Assembly: GCA_951406725.2 (NCBI GenBank)
Contig: OX597820.1
Location: 64,480,001-64,544,000, forward strand
From: Octopus vulgaris
Taxonomy: Eukaryota
Direction: 5' to 3'
Length of the DNA: 64,000 nt
The notes under the pieces are model-generated. The model had not been told where the DNA came from and ran no database searches. It saw nothing but the letters and a program-made list of their open reading frames with translations. Made by a program: the position numbers and the translations under genes. Below, in pieces: positions 1 to 13,081 of this stretch; the first letter of the stretch is position 1, and every line of letters starts with the position of its first letter.

Positions 1-450
1 ACAGCTAAGACTCTGCTCCCTGGATAGAAGGTGGGAGTGATATTCATTAATATACATCTGGAAAATCCTGGATGGAAGTGTGCCAAATTTTGGCATTGAA
101 AGCTACACTAATGCTGGAACAGAACTTCACAGTACCAAAGATCCCAGCAACGTTTCAGGACCAGTTACTGCAACAGCCTGGGATTCAGGGGCCCGCCGCT
201 TTTTAATATTCTTCCAATGAACCCGAGGAATCTGCACGAAGTAGACGTAGGCGATTTTAAATCAAATCTGGAATTTTCCTGTCGAGATTCCAGATATACT
301 TACCTCACGCCAAGAGGTGCAAATGAGGGTAGCTACATCAAACTACATTCTTCACCATGTGCCACATATTGGAGGCTCTCAGTAATAGCAGCATAGCAAA
401 AGGGTGGTGCAACAGCATGGCCGCAGCTCTGAGCTGAAACTACAGAAAAA
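1..450 (+). mobile_element. CR1-like LINE 3' end (decayed ORF2 C-terminus plus 3' UTR hairpin tail)
   Basis: Decayed translation (IYIWKILDG.VPNFGI...YCNSLGFRGPPLFNILP) parallels the ORF at 6823-7368; ends GGTGGTGCAACAGCATGGCCGCAGCTCTGAGCTGAAAC plus A-rich tail. Confidence 0.8.
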
Positions 451-496
451 ATTAAAAACAATTATTAATCATCACTCTATTTTCTTATCTCCTTAA

Positions 497-498
<2 letters not shown>

Positions 499-533
<35 letters not shown>

Positions 534-697
534 GCATGTATGCATGCATGTATGTATTTATGTATGTATGCATGTATGTATGTATGTATGTATGTATGTA
601 TGTATGTATGTATGTATGTATGTATGTATGTATGTATGTATGAATGTATGTATGTATCTATGTGTGTATCTATGTATGTATCTATGTATGTATGTAT
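499..697. repeat. (TA)n followed by (TATG)n microsatellite
   Basis: Direct inspection. Confidence 0.95.
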
Positions 698-903
698 TCG
701 AGAGGAGGACTTAAACGACATGCAAAGGTACATGAATCCCAGCTACAACTACAGCCGGCTATTACCGGTAAAGGTTTTAGTTGCCAATCCTGTACAAGAC
801 ATTGTAGATCTTTAGCTATGCTAAAAAGTTACATTCGATCACAGCACCAATAACAGTTAAGCTTCGTGCAATGGGCATACTCGATAACGAGGGGGCAGCC
901 ATC
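698..903 (+). mobile_element. RTE-like LINE 3' end with C-terminal C2H2-type zinc-finger remnant
   Basis: SRGGLKRHAKVH...FSCQSCTRHCRSLAMLKSYIR followed by short 3' UTR and (TATG)n tail. Confidence 0.65.
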
Positions 904-1025
904 ATGTATGTATGTATGCAAGTAAACTCTCATTATTGTTTGCGAGATGTCAGACTTAATCTTCTAACATTTCAATCGATGAAATTAGTCATTGGCTTCT
1001 TTAAACGCAAAGGTCTGAGTATTTC

Positions 1026-1060
1026 TTGATGATGTGACAACGTAACGAAACTCCAGTGTC
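1026..1060 (+). ncRNA. Degenerate hammerhead ribozyme-like motif
   Basis: TTGATGA-T-GTGAC-aac-GTAAC-GAAAC-tccagt-GTC; stem I not evident. Confidence 0.4.
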
Positions 1061-1249
1061 GCTAGAATCCATTCCTCCGATGAGCCGAGTGTGCTATGAA
1101 CACATTGTAGTCTTAGCAAATGAATGAATACTATACATCAGTTCCCAATTCCAGGTACGTATTAAGAAGTAATATGGAAAATCTCACACACGCAAGCACG
1201 CCCAGACACACATATGTGTGTATGTGTATATATATAAATATATATGTAA

Positions 1250-1445
1250 CAACATGTGAATCGTTGGCGATTTGCTTCCTCTGCCATTCTCTGTATTGGA
1301 CTTTCTACTGTTTCTGAAGAAGACCTTTGCTCGAAACGTTAAACCATCTTTCTTTCCCTGAGCATATGATAATACGTTACATGTACCACGTCCTCGTGTT
1401 GTTGTGCCTTTTTTGTGTTTGTTCTTCTTTTGGGGGATTTACTAC
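1250..1445 (+). mobile_element. Short Penelope-like pLTR element with minimal HHR (1314-1341), ending in (TA)n
   Basis: CTGAAGA-A-GAcC-ttt-GCTC-GAAACGTTA; related copies at 39065-39275, 47148-47270(-), 49905-50066. Confidence 0.6.
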
Positions 1446-1470
1446 ATATGTATATATATATATATGTATA

Positions 1471-1555
<85 letters not shown>

Positions 1556-1601
1556 GTCACATCATCAAGAAATACTCAGACCTTTGAGTTTAAAGAAACC
1601 A

Positions 1602-1697
<96 letters not shown>

Positions 1698-2000
1698 TAT
1701 AAGAAAATAGAGAAAACATTTAATCAGCAAACAAAACAATTGACCAACATCGGTTGATTATATTTTAATACAAAATATAAACAACCAACGTTGGTGAATT
1801 TGTTTCTCTGTTGTTTAAAAGTATTCTCCATTATCTGATTACATAAATTTAATACCTGATAAAGATTTGTTTATTCTGTTGTTACCTGTAAACTATGAGC
1901 ATAGTATCCCTGCATACATATACCCAGGAATAGCAGAGGTAATTAATATCGATAGTATACTGTTATTTCTTAGACGCTTATTACAACCGCTAAGTATGCC

Positions 2001-2100
<100 letters not shown>

Positions 2101-2127
2101 TGTTTTTGTGTGTGTGCATGTGTGTGA

Positions 2128-2159
<32 letters not shown>

Positions 2160-2340
2160 TTAATGAAATGGTCCGTAAGCCATGCAAGTGACGTTTATAC
2201 TGTTATTCCGTTATTCCATTATTCAGTCAATATTCGTGTTCTGTGGTACATATCATGAACAATTTTTTAAGCTACAATGACGTCTATACGCACATACACA
2301 TAGATAAATCCGCCCATTAACATATACATATGTGTGTGTA

Positions 2341-2384
<44 letters not shown>

Positions 2385-3801
2385 TGTGTGTGTGTTTGAC
2401 CTTGTGCGTATTTGTGTGTATGCATGTGTGCAGAAATTCCTCCCCCTCACTACATACAAAGCCAGCCGCGTATACGTCGGTGCATGAATGCACGCGACAA
2501 TATACGTATCAGGTTGGTGAAGCGCTGCTGCGCTGCTATTTAGAGTTTCGTGCTCGATGCGATATTTCCGTCGGAAATGAGACTGTAGTCCATTATCACT
2601 GGAGTTAAGAAACAACTCCGTAGAAAATAACATCCTACATATAATGTGTGTGCGTGTTCGTGTATGTGTTTGTCTGTGTGTGTATGTTTATGTATATGTG
2701 TGTATGTGAATATATGACTGAATGCGTAACTCTATGTATTGCTAGATATGTGTTTGCATGTGTTTACGTGAGATGTGTACATACCTGTACGTGTACGTTT
2801 AAGAATTACTGTATATATATCATGGTATATGTACGTACATTTTACATGCAATGGCTCTGACATCATAATTTAAAATTCTTCATATGGTAACGGAAACGAA
2901 ATCGCGGATATTCTTTTAACATTTATTGTTTCTAGCTGCGTTGAGTTTCAAAACGATGTGAAAATTAAATTAATTTACTATTTCACAAAGAAATAATTTC
3001 TCCGAAATTTCACATGGAGAGAAGCTTTAGCGAAGTAAATTAATATTGTGTGATTTTTATCTCTGTACCCACTAGCATCCAGCTGATTTTTCGATTGATA
3101 ATTAGGTTTGTTGCACCTTGTTTTAGCATTAACATTGCTATGATTATTTCATAAAATCACGAGGGATATCTTTGCCGGAAGTTATAGGAAATTTTTTAAG
3201 AGAATTCATTAGAAATCTTACATTATTTGATTTTCATCTGAACTAGATTCCTGCTATTTAAACATTACAAGTTTTTATTCAAGGCTTATTGATAACCTCG
3301 AAATATTATTAAATTCACAGCGGTGATCGAAAATCACGACACACTTCGTATGTATTAGAGAGAGATCGTATCGAACCAAGGCAGGATCTTCAATATGATA
3401 GCTTGGTCTACTCGTTATAGCAAGTAAATCTACATCAAATTGCAGTTCACCATCGCAAAAGTAGAAGAACAAAGAAGAAAGTTTGGTTTTGAGTTGGCAG
3501 TTCCTGATGAAAAGAAGAGTATGGTCACGGATGGAATATTTATTACAATAGATAACTGTTTGTTTACAGTTGCTTTACGGTTATGTATGATGGCATGAAC
3601 TGTAATAGAGAGAAGTTAATGGCACCGACATTGATCCGTACTTCAGCTGATAGTTTTACAGAGACTTGGTTCTGGGTAGAATAACATCTCGTAGCAACTC
3701 CCGAAAGCTCATTTTAGCATTATTTCTAATGGACCAACGCTTTACAAATGAAACTGGGTAAACGGGAATTGACCAAATATGCCGCTTGATATGATATATA
3801 T

Positions 3802-3845
<44 letters not shown>

Positions 3846-3905
3846 CAATTGTTTGTTTGTATTCCACCTGCCTTCGTCTTTTGTCTATTTTCATAACGCT
3901 TCCCG

Positions 3906-3953
<48 letters not shown>

Positions 3954-6036
3954 GTACGTGCATACCCACATGAATGTAGGTATGCACATATGTGCGTGCT
4001 CATTAAATGATAAATATATACAACCACACACATGGATATATGACTAATATGATTACTTATTTAGACCTTCATTGTCAATTAGTACCTCAATGCATTATTG
4101 AATAATAACTTTAACAAATAGATTTTGCAACTGTACTTATATGCTCTCCCTATGTTTCTATATGCACCGCACTTACCGAGGGTCAATGTATATTTTGAAC
4201 AGTTCACCGCATAGTAGAAATCATAATTTCTGCACCATAGATACGAACCTGGGTTGTGTCCTCAAAGTCCTTCTATCGAACATCTTTTCTTCACATACGT
4301 CCAAGACTGTAATAGGAGCATCTTGTTGCGATTCTGAACCGATAACAGCTTATGAATGTTTTAGTGTCTCCAAGCCAAGTATAGGACGTCGTATAGGGTG
4401 TTGAAGATTAATGCCTCATTGTCCACACACTGGACATATAGTAAGTATGCAGGAACATTGGTGAGTATACATCAGCCGGCTGTATACAGAATGCTGAGTT
4501 ACTCCATAAAGAACACTCTTTACCTATTCCGTAATCATCATCAACTACAAAAGGTTTGCAACTTTGATGTTCTATCTCGCAAAACACCGAGATCGATGAC
4601 GAACTGACAGCAGGCGTAATTAAGATACGCGTGTCATCTGTATGACTGTAACTTCGTTTGTAGTCAGAAAGTTGTATCAGGTTGAGTAATAAGATTTTAA
4701 TGTTAATGCTCAACCTGATAACTACTGAACTGTGGTTGCGCCTAGACCCACTTTACGTATCCGTACTTTTCTAAAACACTTCTTTAAAATCTGCAGCCTC
4801 GTCAGAAATAAGAACATCAGCGATTAGCTCATGTAATGGTGTAACACAACATTCACAATGTTCATCAACGTACGTGCACAAAGGTGTGGGGCTGGGCATG
4901 TATCGCATGTGGTCGACGGGCGTATCAGTAAGGCTTTCCTATTCATCTTTTGGGTAACGAGTGCCGATTCCTCCGTGGGTGTTAGAAGTATCACGTCGAT
5001 CCAGTGACCGGGAATGCTGACAGAGGTTCTGCCATAATACACTTTTCAATTTGCGAGGGATTTCACAGCCCAACTGATAGCTTGCTGCGAGGCACAACAC
5101 GATGCCACACACAGGCCATTTCCAAATTCATCAACATCAACCGCATAAGATCAATACCTCTTTTCTGAATGAAACAATTGCAGTGGAGTATGCATAGAAG
5201 TCATTAACGATTGTAAACATAGAAAGAGTTGGATAGAAAGTTTTATCTTTAAATAATTTGAGGGACGAACAACCGTTTCGATACACAAACATGTAGATGG
5301 AACTAAATGCACACATATGGAAGCAAACACGGACGTATATCTATAACCAAACGCATTGGTAAAGTATATACCATATTTGCAGGTACATATCTCATACTGA
5401 CGCATACACCTACACGCACGCATACCAGAACACAGACGCGTTAACATGTACATATACATTCATATTTCCTGGTTTCTATAACTCGAGCAGTAGACCTTGA
5501 TAATAATACAATGCAACAGGCCGTAGCGAAACATGCTGGTGTAATGAAAACCCTTTGGGAAGATGTCCAAAAAGACTTGTTATTCAATGAATCCACAAAT
5601 GATTAAACTCTTTCAAACATATATAAATTCTTACGGCATCATGGTTTGGGGTTTTATAGCAGACAGGGCATTGCTTAACTACAAGGAATTTATAAAATGT
5701 TCTTTGATTATCAGAAATACCATACTACACTTCGTTTCATTATTTCAGAGGCGACATAGAAGAATTTTTACGGTAATATAAATTTCCTCTCCCATAGCCG
5801 TTCATGATTTGGCATGATAGCAGACAGACAGAAGCAGACGATCGAAATTGTATATATTGGCTTGGTTTTACTTTGGCTTCGTATGACTAGGTTTGGCTTG
5901 GCTTATGTAGAAGAATGAGATATTTCAATATTATGATATTCCAATACTTCGATATAGCAGTATGTCTCTCCAAATTAGTCTTTGCATTGTGTGTATGTAA
6001 GTATGAATATATATATACACACACACAGATATATAC

Positions 6037-6092
<56 letters not shown>

Positions 6093-6264
6093 GTATATAC
6101 GTATATATGTGTGTATGTGTGTTTGCATGTATGTACGCATGCATATGTGCGTGCATGAATGTATGTATGTATCTCATTATTCAGTTTTATTTCAAGAATT
6201 CTTGCCAATAGAGAAAGAGCTGCGTTCTAACCGGGATCCAAGACACTTTCATTTCAATATCCAT

Positions 6265-6675
6265 TTCTTTACTGCTCACAAGGTGCTATACAAAGAGGGG
6301 ACAAACAAGGATAGACACACGGATTAAGTCGATCATATCGACACCAGTGCGTAAGTGGTGCTTATTTAATCGGCCTCGAAAGGATGAATGGCAAAGTCGA
6401 CCTCGGCGGAATTTGAATTCAGAACGTAGCGGCAGACGAAATACCTATTTCTTTACTACCCACAAGGGGCTAAACACAGAGCGGGCAAACAAGGACAGAT
6501 AAACGCATTAAGTCGATTATATCGACTCCAGTGCGTAATTGGTATTTATTTAATCGACCCCGAAAGGATGAAAGGCAAAGTCGACCTCGGCGGAATTTAA
6601 ACTCAGAACGTAGCGGCAGACGAAATACCGCTCAGCATTCGCCCGGCGTGCTAACGAATCTCCCAGCTCACTGCC
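6265..6675 (-). mobile_element. tRNA-derived SINE family B, tandem dimer
   Basis: Two units matching the copies at 29927 and 38811 (B-box GAGTTCAAATTCC, GTCGACTTTGCCTTTCATCCTTTCG core). Confidence 0.9.
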
Positions 6676-6824
6676 CTCTTTCATTTCAATGTCGACAACA
6701 TCAACAGGGTAAGTTTTCCTTTATATATATATGTTCAAATTTTAAGTTTTGGTTTTTCGGATGAATCGTCATTCATATATTTGGATGTCTAGACCTGCTC
6801 ATATATCTCTATCTTTTATATTTT

Positions 6825-7368
6825 ATATATTACTGCTTTCAGCCTCGGGCAGAGGTGATGCTAGTGCACCAAATGTAGTTAAACGGTGTTGTTTATGATA
6901 TTGTTTTTGGTGAAATCGTGAGGTGGACGGAGCTTCTCTTCTTTGTCTCTCCTGCCATGATGTGGGTTCATCTGCTATCTTAGGTAGAAACATGTCTAGA
7001 CGTTCCTTGAAAACCTCCACATCAACTCCATGTAGATTATTAAGGTTGCCTAGAAGGATGTTAAACAATTGCGGGCCCTTGAAACTCAGACTATTGCAGT
7101 ACTGTGTCTTTATTTTAGATGGGGAAAAGGGGGACTTTGGTATGATGCAGTGCCGTCCAGTTCGAGGGTTGGTATAGATATCAATTCCAAAATTGGGAGC
7201 TAAAACTTCCAACATCATCCAAATATATATCACCGCATATCTCTCTCTTCTCTCCTGCGAATAGAGACTCAGCTCTTTTAGCCTCTCCCAGTAGCCCATC
7301 TTTTGCATCGAGCCAACTTTCTTTATGTATTGGCGCTGGATTGCTTCGATTCCCACCGTTTCTTTCAC
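6825..7368 (-). mobile_element. CR1-like LINE 3' fragment, ORF2 C-terminus still open (181 aa)
   Basis: IEAIQRQYIKKV..MGYWERLKELSLYSQERRERYAVIYIW..GPQLFNIL..FKERLDMFL, typical CR1-group C-terminus; 3' tail resembles 403-440. Confidence 0.85.
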
Positions 7369-7369
7369 T

Positions 7370-7975
7370 TAAAGGATAAACTGGAAAGTTTTACACAATT
7401 CCATAGTTCAAGTTATGGCTTGGATCTGTAGTCTTCAAATCAGCTTTCTCCTTCCTGGTTTTGGGAAGCCAAATTTCTCAAGATTGTTATTTAGTCAGTA
7501 ACTGCAGTTTTCCCAATAAGTCAGCGCATTTTCTTCTTCGCTCAACTTTAACTCTAAGTTAACATCAGGTGTGTAGTTCACTTTCACAACTGCACTCAGT
7601 TTCTCTTCTCAATGGCAAATAAATATGCCATATCTATTATGTTTACATTTTATCTAGGTTTTCACTGGGACACTCCCTCCAATAGTACTCTTTTTTTATT
7701 ATCAGTGGCAATGGCTTCTACCTTAATGTGGTTTCTGATTTCATTGGCCACGGGGTTATCCTTCCGACAGGTCTCATTATAAGATGTCCTATCTACAGCG
7801 CAATATCTCATCGGCAGATATAATTGTAGTGATATATTCAGACAACGGTTTATGATGTGTGTGATGTCTTCGCCGTTAACTCCACAAAGACTGCATAGGA
7901 TGTCACATTTTGCTGCTTTTCCTGCGTCTCTGACCCATTTGCGCATCGGTAATTTGATAGATATTTGCTGTTCCA
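7370..7975 (-). mobile_element. R4/Dong-like (RLE-type) LINE 3' fragment
   Basis: [15 protein letters not shown] zinc knuckle, then decayed RLE region (CKHNR..YTPDVN..LQIQAIT*TMELCKTF). Confidence 0.75.
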
Positions 7976-8108
7976 CATGTATGTATGTGTGTATGAATAT
8001 ATGTATGTATGTATGTATATATGTATGTATGTATGTGTGTATGTATGTATGTATGCATGGATGGATAGATGGATGGATGGATGCATGCATGATTGCATGT
8101 AAGTATAC

Positions 8109-8190
<82 letters not shown>

Positions 8191-8426
8191 GTGCATATAC
8201 ATATATACACGTATGTATCCAGGTATAATATGCACCCATACATACATGCAGACACAAATATGCATATTTGAGTTTGAGTAGATGTACTAGGTTCTTATTG
8301 TCTTCGCTGAACGCCTTCCGTTGTAATGGTTCATTCTCGACACTCACCGTTTGACCAGCGGTGTGTGTGAAAATAGTTCCTCATATTGGAACTCTAATAT
8401 TTCCCTGTATTTAACTATATCACATC

Positions 8427-8540
8427 TTCTCAGATGAGGGGATATCCTTAATATCCCGGAAGCAGCGGTAACACTATCTTTCTCTTTATAAATGTCCAGA
8501 AAACTCCGCACAGCCTTGGCTTTGTTGTCTCATTTCATGT
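8427..8540 (+). mobile_element. Decayed pLTR-like element with degenerate HHR
   Basis: CaGATGA-G-GGGATAT-cctta-ATATCCC-GgAAgC-agcg-GTA; downstream sequence matches the palindrome arm at 49475-49520. Confidence 0.5.
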
Positions 8541-9098
8541 TACTTATCTGTGTGTGTGTATCTGTGTGTGTTTGTGTCTGCGTGTGTGTGTGTGTGTATG
8601 TGTGTACACATACGCGGGTGCGTGCACACACACACACACACAAATACGCGCGCACAAACACGCACGTAAACACGCACATTTTACATATCTCATACAACAA
8701 AAACGTGCAATAGATTTCAAAATACGTACAGCTCTTAAATCTTCGAGTCAACTCGTCAGATGTTTTGGCTTAGGTTACATAAAACTATACTCCAGCTATT
8801 ATAATCGATATATAATTATGATGATACATGTGTATATGCATAATAAGTTGTAAAAGACACTATTTATACATGATATTATAAAGATCAATTACTTTATACC
8901 GACTTGATTATATGAATAAATTATTGTAATGTATAGTCATAAAAATATATATTTAGCATTGCTTGTTCTAAATTGTCTGGACGAGGATATATCTCCGGAA
9001 ATTTCAATACAATCTATAGCAAACACATGTATATATGTATGTACACACCCACAGCAACCTTTTTATAATTACACATATATACATATATATGTATACAT

Positions 9099-9148
<50 letters not shown>

Positions 9149-9153
9149 ATATG

Positions 9154-9226
<73 letters not shown>

Positions 9227-9231
9227 ATATG

Positions 9232-9299
<68 letters not shown>

Positions 9300-9473
9300 C
9301 TTTGTGTCTGTGCATAATTACACACGCAGAGTACGTATATGAGTGTGTTCATAGCGAGGTATATATATATATATATATATATGTGTATACACACACATAA
9401 ACACACATCTATATGATTTGTATGCACAATTACACATTTATTTATGAATCATATATCTTATAAGTATATATAA

Positions 9474-9526
<53 letters not shown>

Positions 9527-9529
9527 CAA

Positions 9530-9560
<31 letters not shown>

Positions 9561-9879
9561 CTCACACACATACGGACACACACTCGCGCTTAAGTACAGA
9601 GTTATATACGAGCGCACATTCAGGATAGATGAAGCTATCTGGTCCAGGATTTAATGATCTACCTTATTTTGTCCGTTCAAAGTTTGAGCGGAGTGGCGCC
9701 ATAGTCTTCGCGCATTTCATATTGCTTCAGTCTACTGAGATTAACAATACGTACGAGCTTTTATACTGCTTCCTCCTCTTTCCCAGAAGCCTTCATCACG
9801 TATTAGATCGTGGCTATTCCCTTGGTCAACAAAGAATGCTTTCTATTTACGTGTTTACATTTATTCAAGAGGCAGTAGA

Positions 9880-10084
9880 TATTGGTTTCACATTTTGGCG
9901 GAAGGCCAGCAAGTTCGGAGGAGGTGTAATTCAATTACATCTACCCTTGTGTTCAACTGGTTGTTTTTGTTATCGACCCCGAAATGATGAAGAGTAAAGT
10001 CGTGCCGCCGGAATTTGAACTCAGAACGTAAATTCGGAAGAATTTATTCCCGGTGCCGTAACGGTTCTGCCATCTCGTCGCCTT
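9880..10084 (-). mobile_element. SINE family B, diverged copy
   Basis: GGAATTTGAACTCAGAACGTA and ATCGACCCCGAAA motifs shared with other copies. Confidence 0.75.
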
Positions 10085-11557
10085 AGATACAGTGAATACT
10101 ATTGGATTAAAGATAATGTGTCTCCCCACCAGTAAAACAATATTTAAAAAGTCGCCAAGGGAACTGATAGCCCTTCACAAAATATTAAACGTGCAGTTTC
10201 AAACATGAGAAGGCAAAGGGAGTCGTTACATATCAAAATTGTTTCATCACCATCACACTGGAGACATCCAAAATGCTTCAAACCAGTTACTTTGAATTAA
10301 ATGAAGAAATTTCTCCGCTTCTTTTACCCATGTAGCAAATTGTCGAATTATACAGTTCCGGAAAAATATCTAATTTACACTAGGGTGAGTAGCTTTAAAC
10401 GTGGGGGTGAGTATTATATCTATTACCCTGCAAATTGTGGGCGAAATTCGCTGCTATGTCATACGAACGAACACACGCATGCACACACGGATATATGAAG
10501 ATTGATCAATTGCGGCCGTAGGTTACAACTGTTTAGGTATTTAGGTATTTGTGTGCGTATTTGTGTGCGAGTGTGTGCGTGTTTGTGTATGTGTGTGTGT
10601 TTGCCTATGTGTATGTGTATATGTGTGTGTGCCTATGTACGTATGCCTATGTTCGTGTTTTTTTTTCCATTCAAATTGCACTTTGATCATTGAATTCTTT
10701 AGTTTTCCAACTATGGATCAAAATTGTTTCGGCACTTTCAGACGGTATCATTCACCCAACGATTGTTGGCCCTAAATAACTGCGTCTTTGCTTCAACACC
10801 TATTCTTTATGCAGGCGTAATACCGAACGTTTTCAAAGTTGTGAGAAGTCAACCATAGATAAATCATTATTTTGTTTTTAAATATATACTCATTCATGTA
10901 AACACACACTTACGCACACACATCCAGTCTTGTATACATACATACACACACATATTTAATTCATGGTACAACAGCTCTTAGGGAAAAGTCGATTATAACA
11001 GGTTTTGCCATTCCTTTCATCATAGAATTGTGAAAAGCATGAGCAACAAAATAGGTGTAACAAAAAAGACTTGAGGCATACCCAAGCATGCTTTTAATAA
11101 ATAGGGGAAAATTGCTATAAGTATTGATTACTTACACATTTGTTGGTGTCTGTGTGAATGTTTATATAATTACGATTGACAAATGTACATAGGCAATATA
11201 ATTAATTCTGTATTGCATAATTCCATTCTGCAGCTAACCCATATCAAAAGCACTGCACCGTTGTCAAACCTGCATTTTATTTTAGACACAAAAACATCAA
11301 ACCACATTCGAGTCAGAAATTTGACTAAATATTCATATATTGGAATGAATATCATACTATTTATCAATATTACCTTCTGTGAATTATGCGTAAAGGATAT
11401 TTCTGGTGCGAACGATATTTCGGTTTTTGTAAAACTACTTCATCAGAGACACACCTTTTACGTAAGACGTTTCCACTCTTTCCAATACTTTAATAACTGT
11501 CTCCTACGACACCATTGATGTTTACACAATTCTATAAAAATAATAATACACACACAA

Positions 11558-11588
<31 letters not shown>

Positions 11589-11638
11589 TTTATATACATG
11601 TATATATGAATATATGAATGTATACCGGTATATACTTG

Positions 11639-11713
<75 letters not shown>

Positions 11714-11759
11714 TACATATATATATATATATTTATATATACATATATATATATATATA

Positions 11760-11865
<106 letters not shown>

Positions 11866-12082
11866 ATGTATGTATGTGTTTCTGTATGTGTGAATTTGCG
11901 TAGGTGTATATGCATTCATATACAGATTCTTCAACAAATTACATCGATCTTCACATGTTGACTGGGTATCATCATAATTTCGGCATACATGCAACACACA
12001 CACACACATACACACACACATGCGCGCACACAAACTCAAAGTCAAACACAGGTGCATTCATATCACTCTCACACTTTCACAA

Positions 12083-12124
<42 letters not shown>

Positions 12125-12789
12125 TCGTATATATATGCTAACAACATATTTCTGTGCATTTGTGTGTATATATATGCTTGAATGTACGTCCAAATATTTA
12201 TAGGCATATATTGTTTTCATTCATCTTATGATGTCTTACATAATCAAATGCGCATAGTATACCCATTTCTTTGCACTGTTTAAAGGTGTGATCGATATTT
12301 CTTAAACTCGGTGCAAATATGACTTTATATATCAGCCATGGGTTTCGTTCAATGTTCTTTATTGATGACTTCGCATACCGACAAATTTGGCTTCGCTAAT
12401 AACTGATAACTGTAGAAAGTTCCCGCTTTGTACTTGGCGCATATGAATATAGTTACGCTATCGTGTTATTCCTTTTTATTACATGAGAAGCTGATTTTGT
12501 TCAAGGATCGCAAGTTGAATTCTGAACAAGTGCAAATAATGTTATGGTTACTTTGATTGATGTCGTAATCATTTCTTTCACTGTACAATATGCGACATAA
12601 TATTTCGAAATATTTAGATATATTGCTATATGTGGGCGATTTATGTCTTAATTTAATTGTAGTACTGGTGACCTGTTTTATTTCTGTTGTAATTAATACT
12701 ATGAACTTTTTTGACCCCTTACTTTTACTCCCTCCCCTCACTTAGCAGTCATTCAAATAGCTCTTTTGTCTTAATAAAGGTCAATCACA

Positions 12790-12935
12790 CAGTAATTTCC
12801 CTTTGTATAACGGTCATTTTCATAGCATATTTTCCGATGGCCGAATAACTGAAGAGATTTCCACCTCGGTATCCGAAACTCGGAGTTTTATCATGGCTAC
12901 CGAATAATTGTCAAATATCACATTTACAGACGTAT
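12790..12935 (+). mobile_element. pLTR-like element with HHR-like motif (12845-12891)
   Basis: ATAA-CTGAAGA-GAT..ATC-C-GAAACTCGGAGTT-TTAT; same family at 26595-26785 and 55078-55193. Confidence 0.6.
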
Positions 12936-13081
12936 AAATATAAATATATATATATATAACGGGAAGCTTTATGAAAATAAACAAAAGACGAAGGCAGGTG
13001 GATTACAATATATATATTTATATATATAAATAAATAAATGAAAGAATGGAGTCGGACGACGATTTAAGAAAATTCCTTTAC

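Noticed and set aside
4060-5150. Complex sequence possibly from a decayed LTR-retrotransposon gag/protease region
   Set aside because: Only vague motifs (PILG..); cannot be assigned without a search.
11405-11452. Minus-strand CTGATGA..GAAA hammerhead-like pattern
   Set aside because: Stems I-III need several mismatches and there is no second copy in the window; a possible fossil but unsupported.
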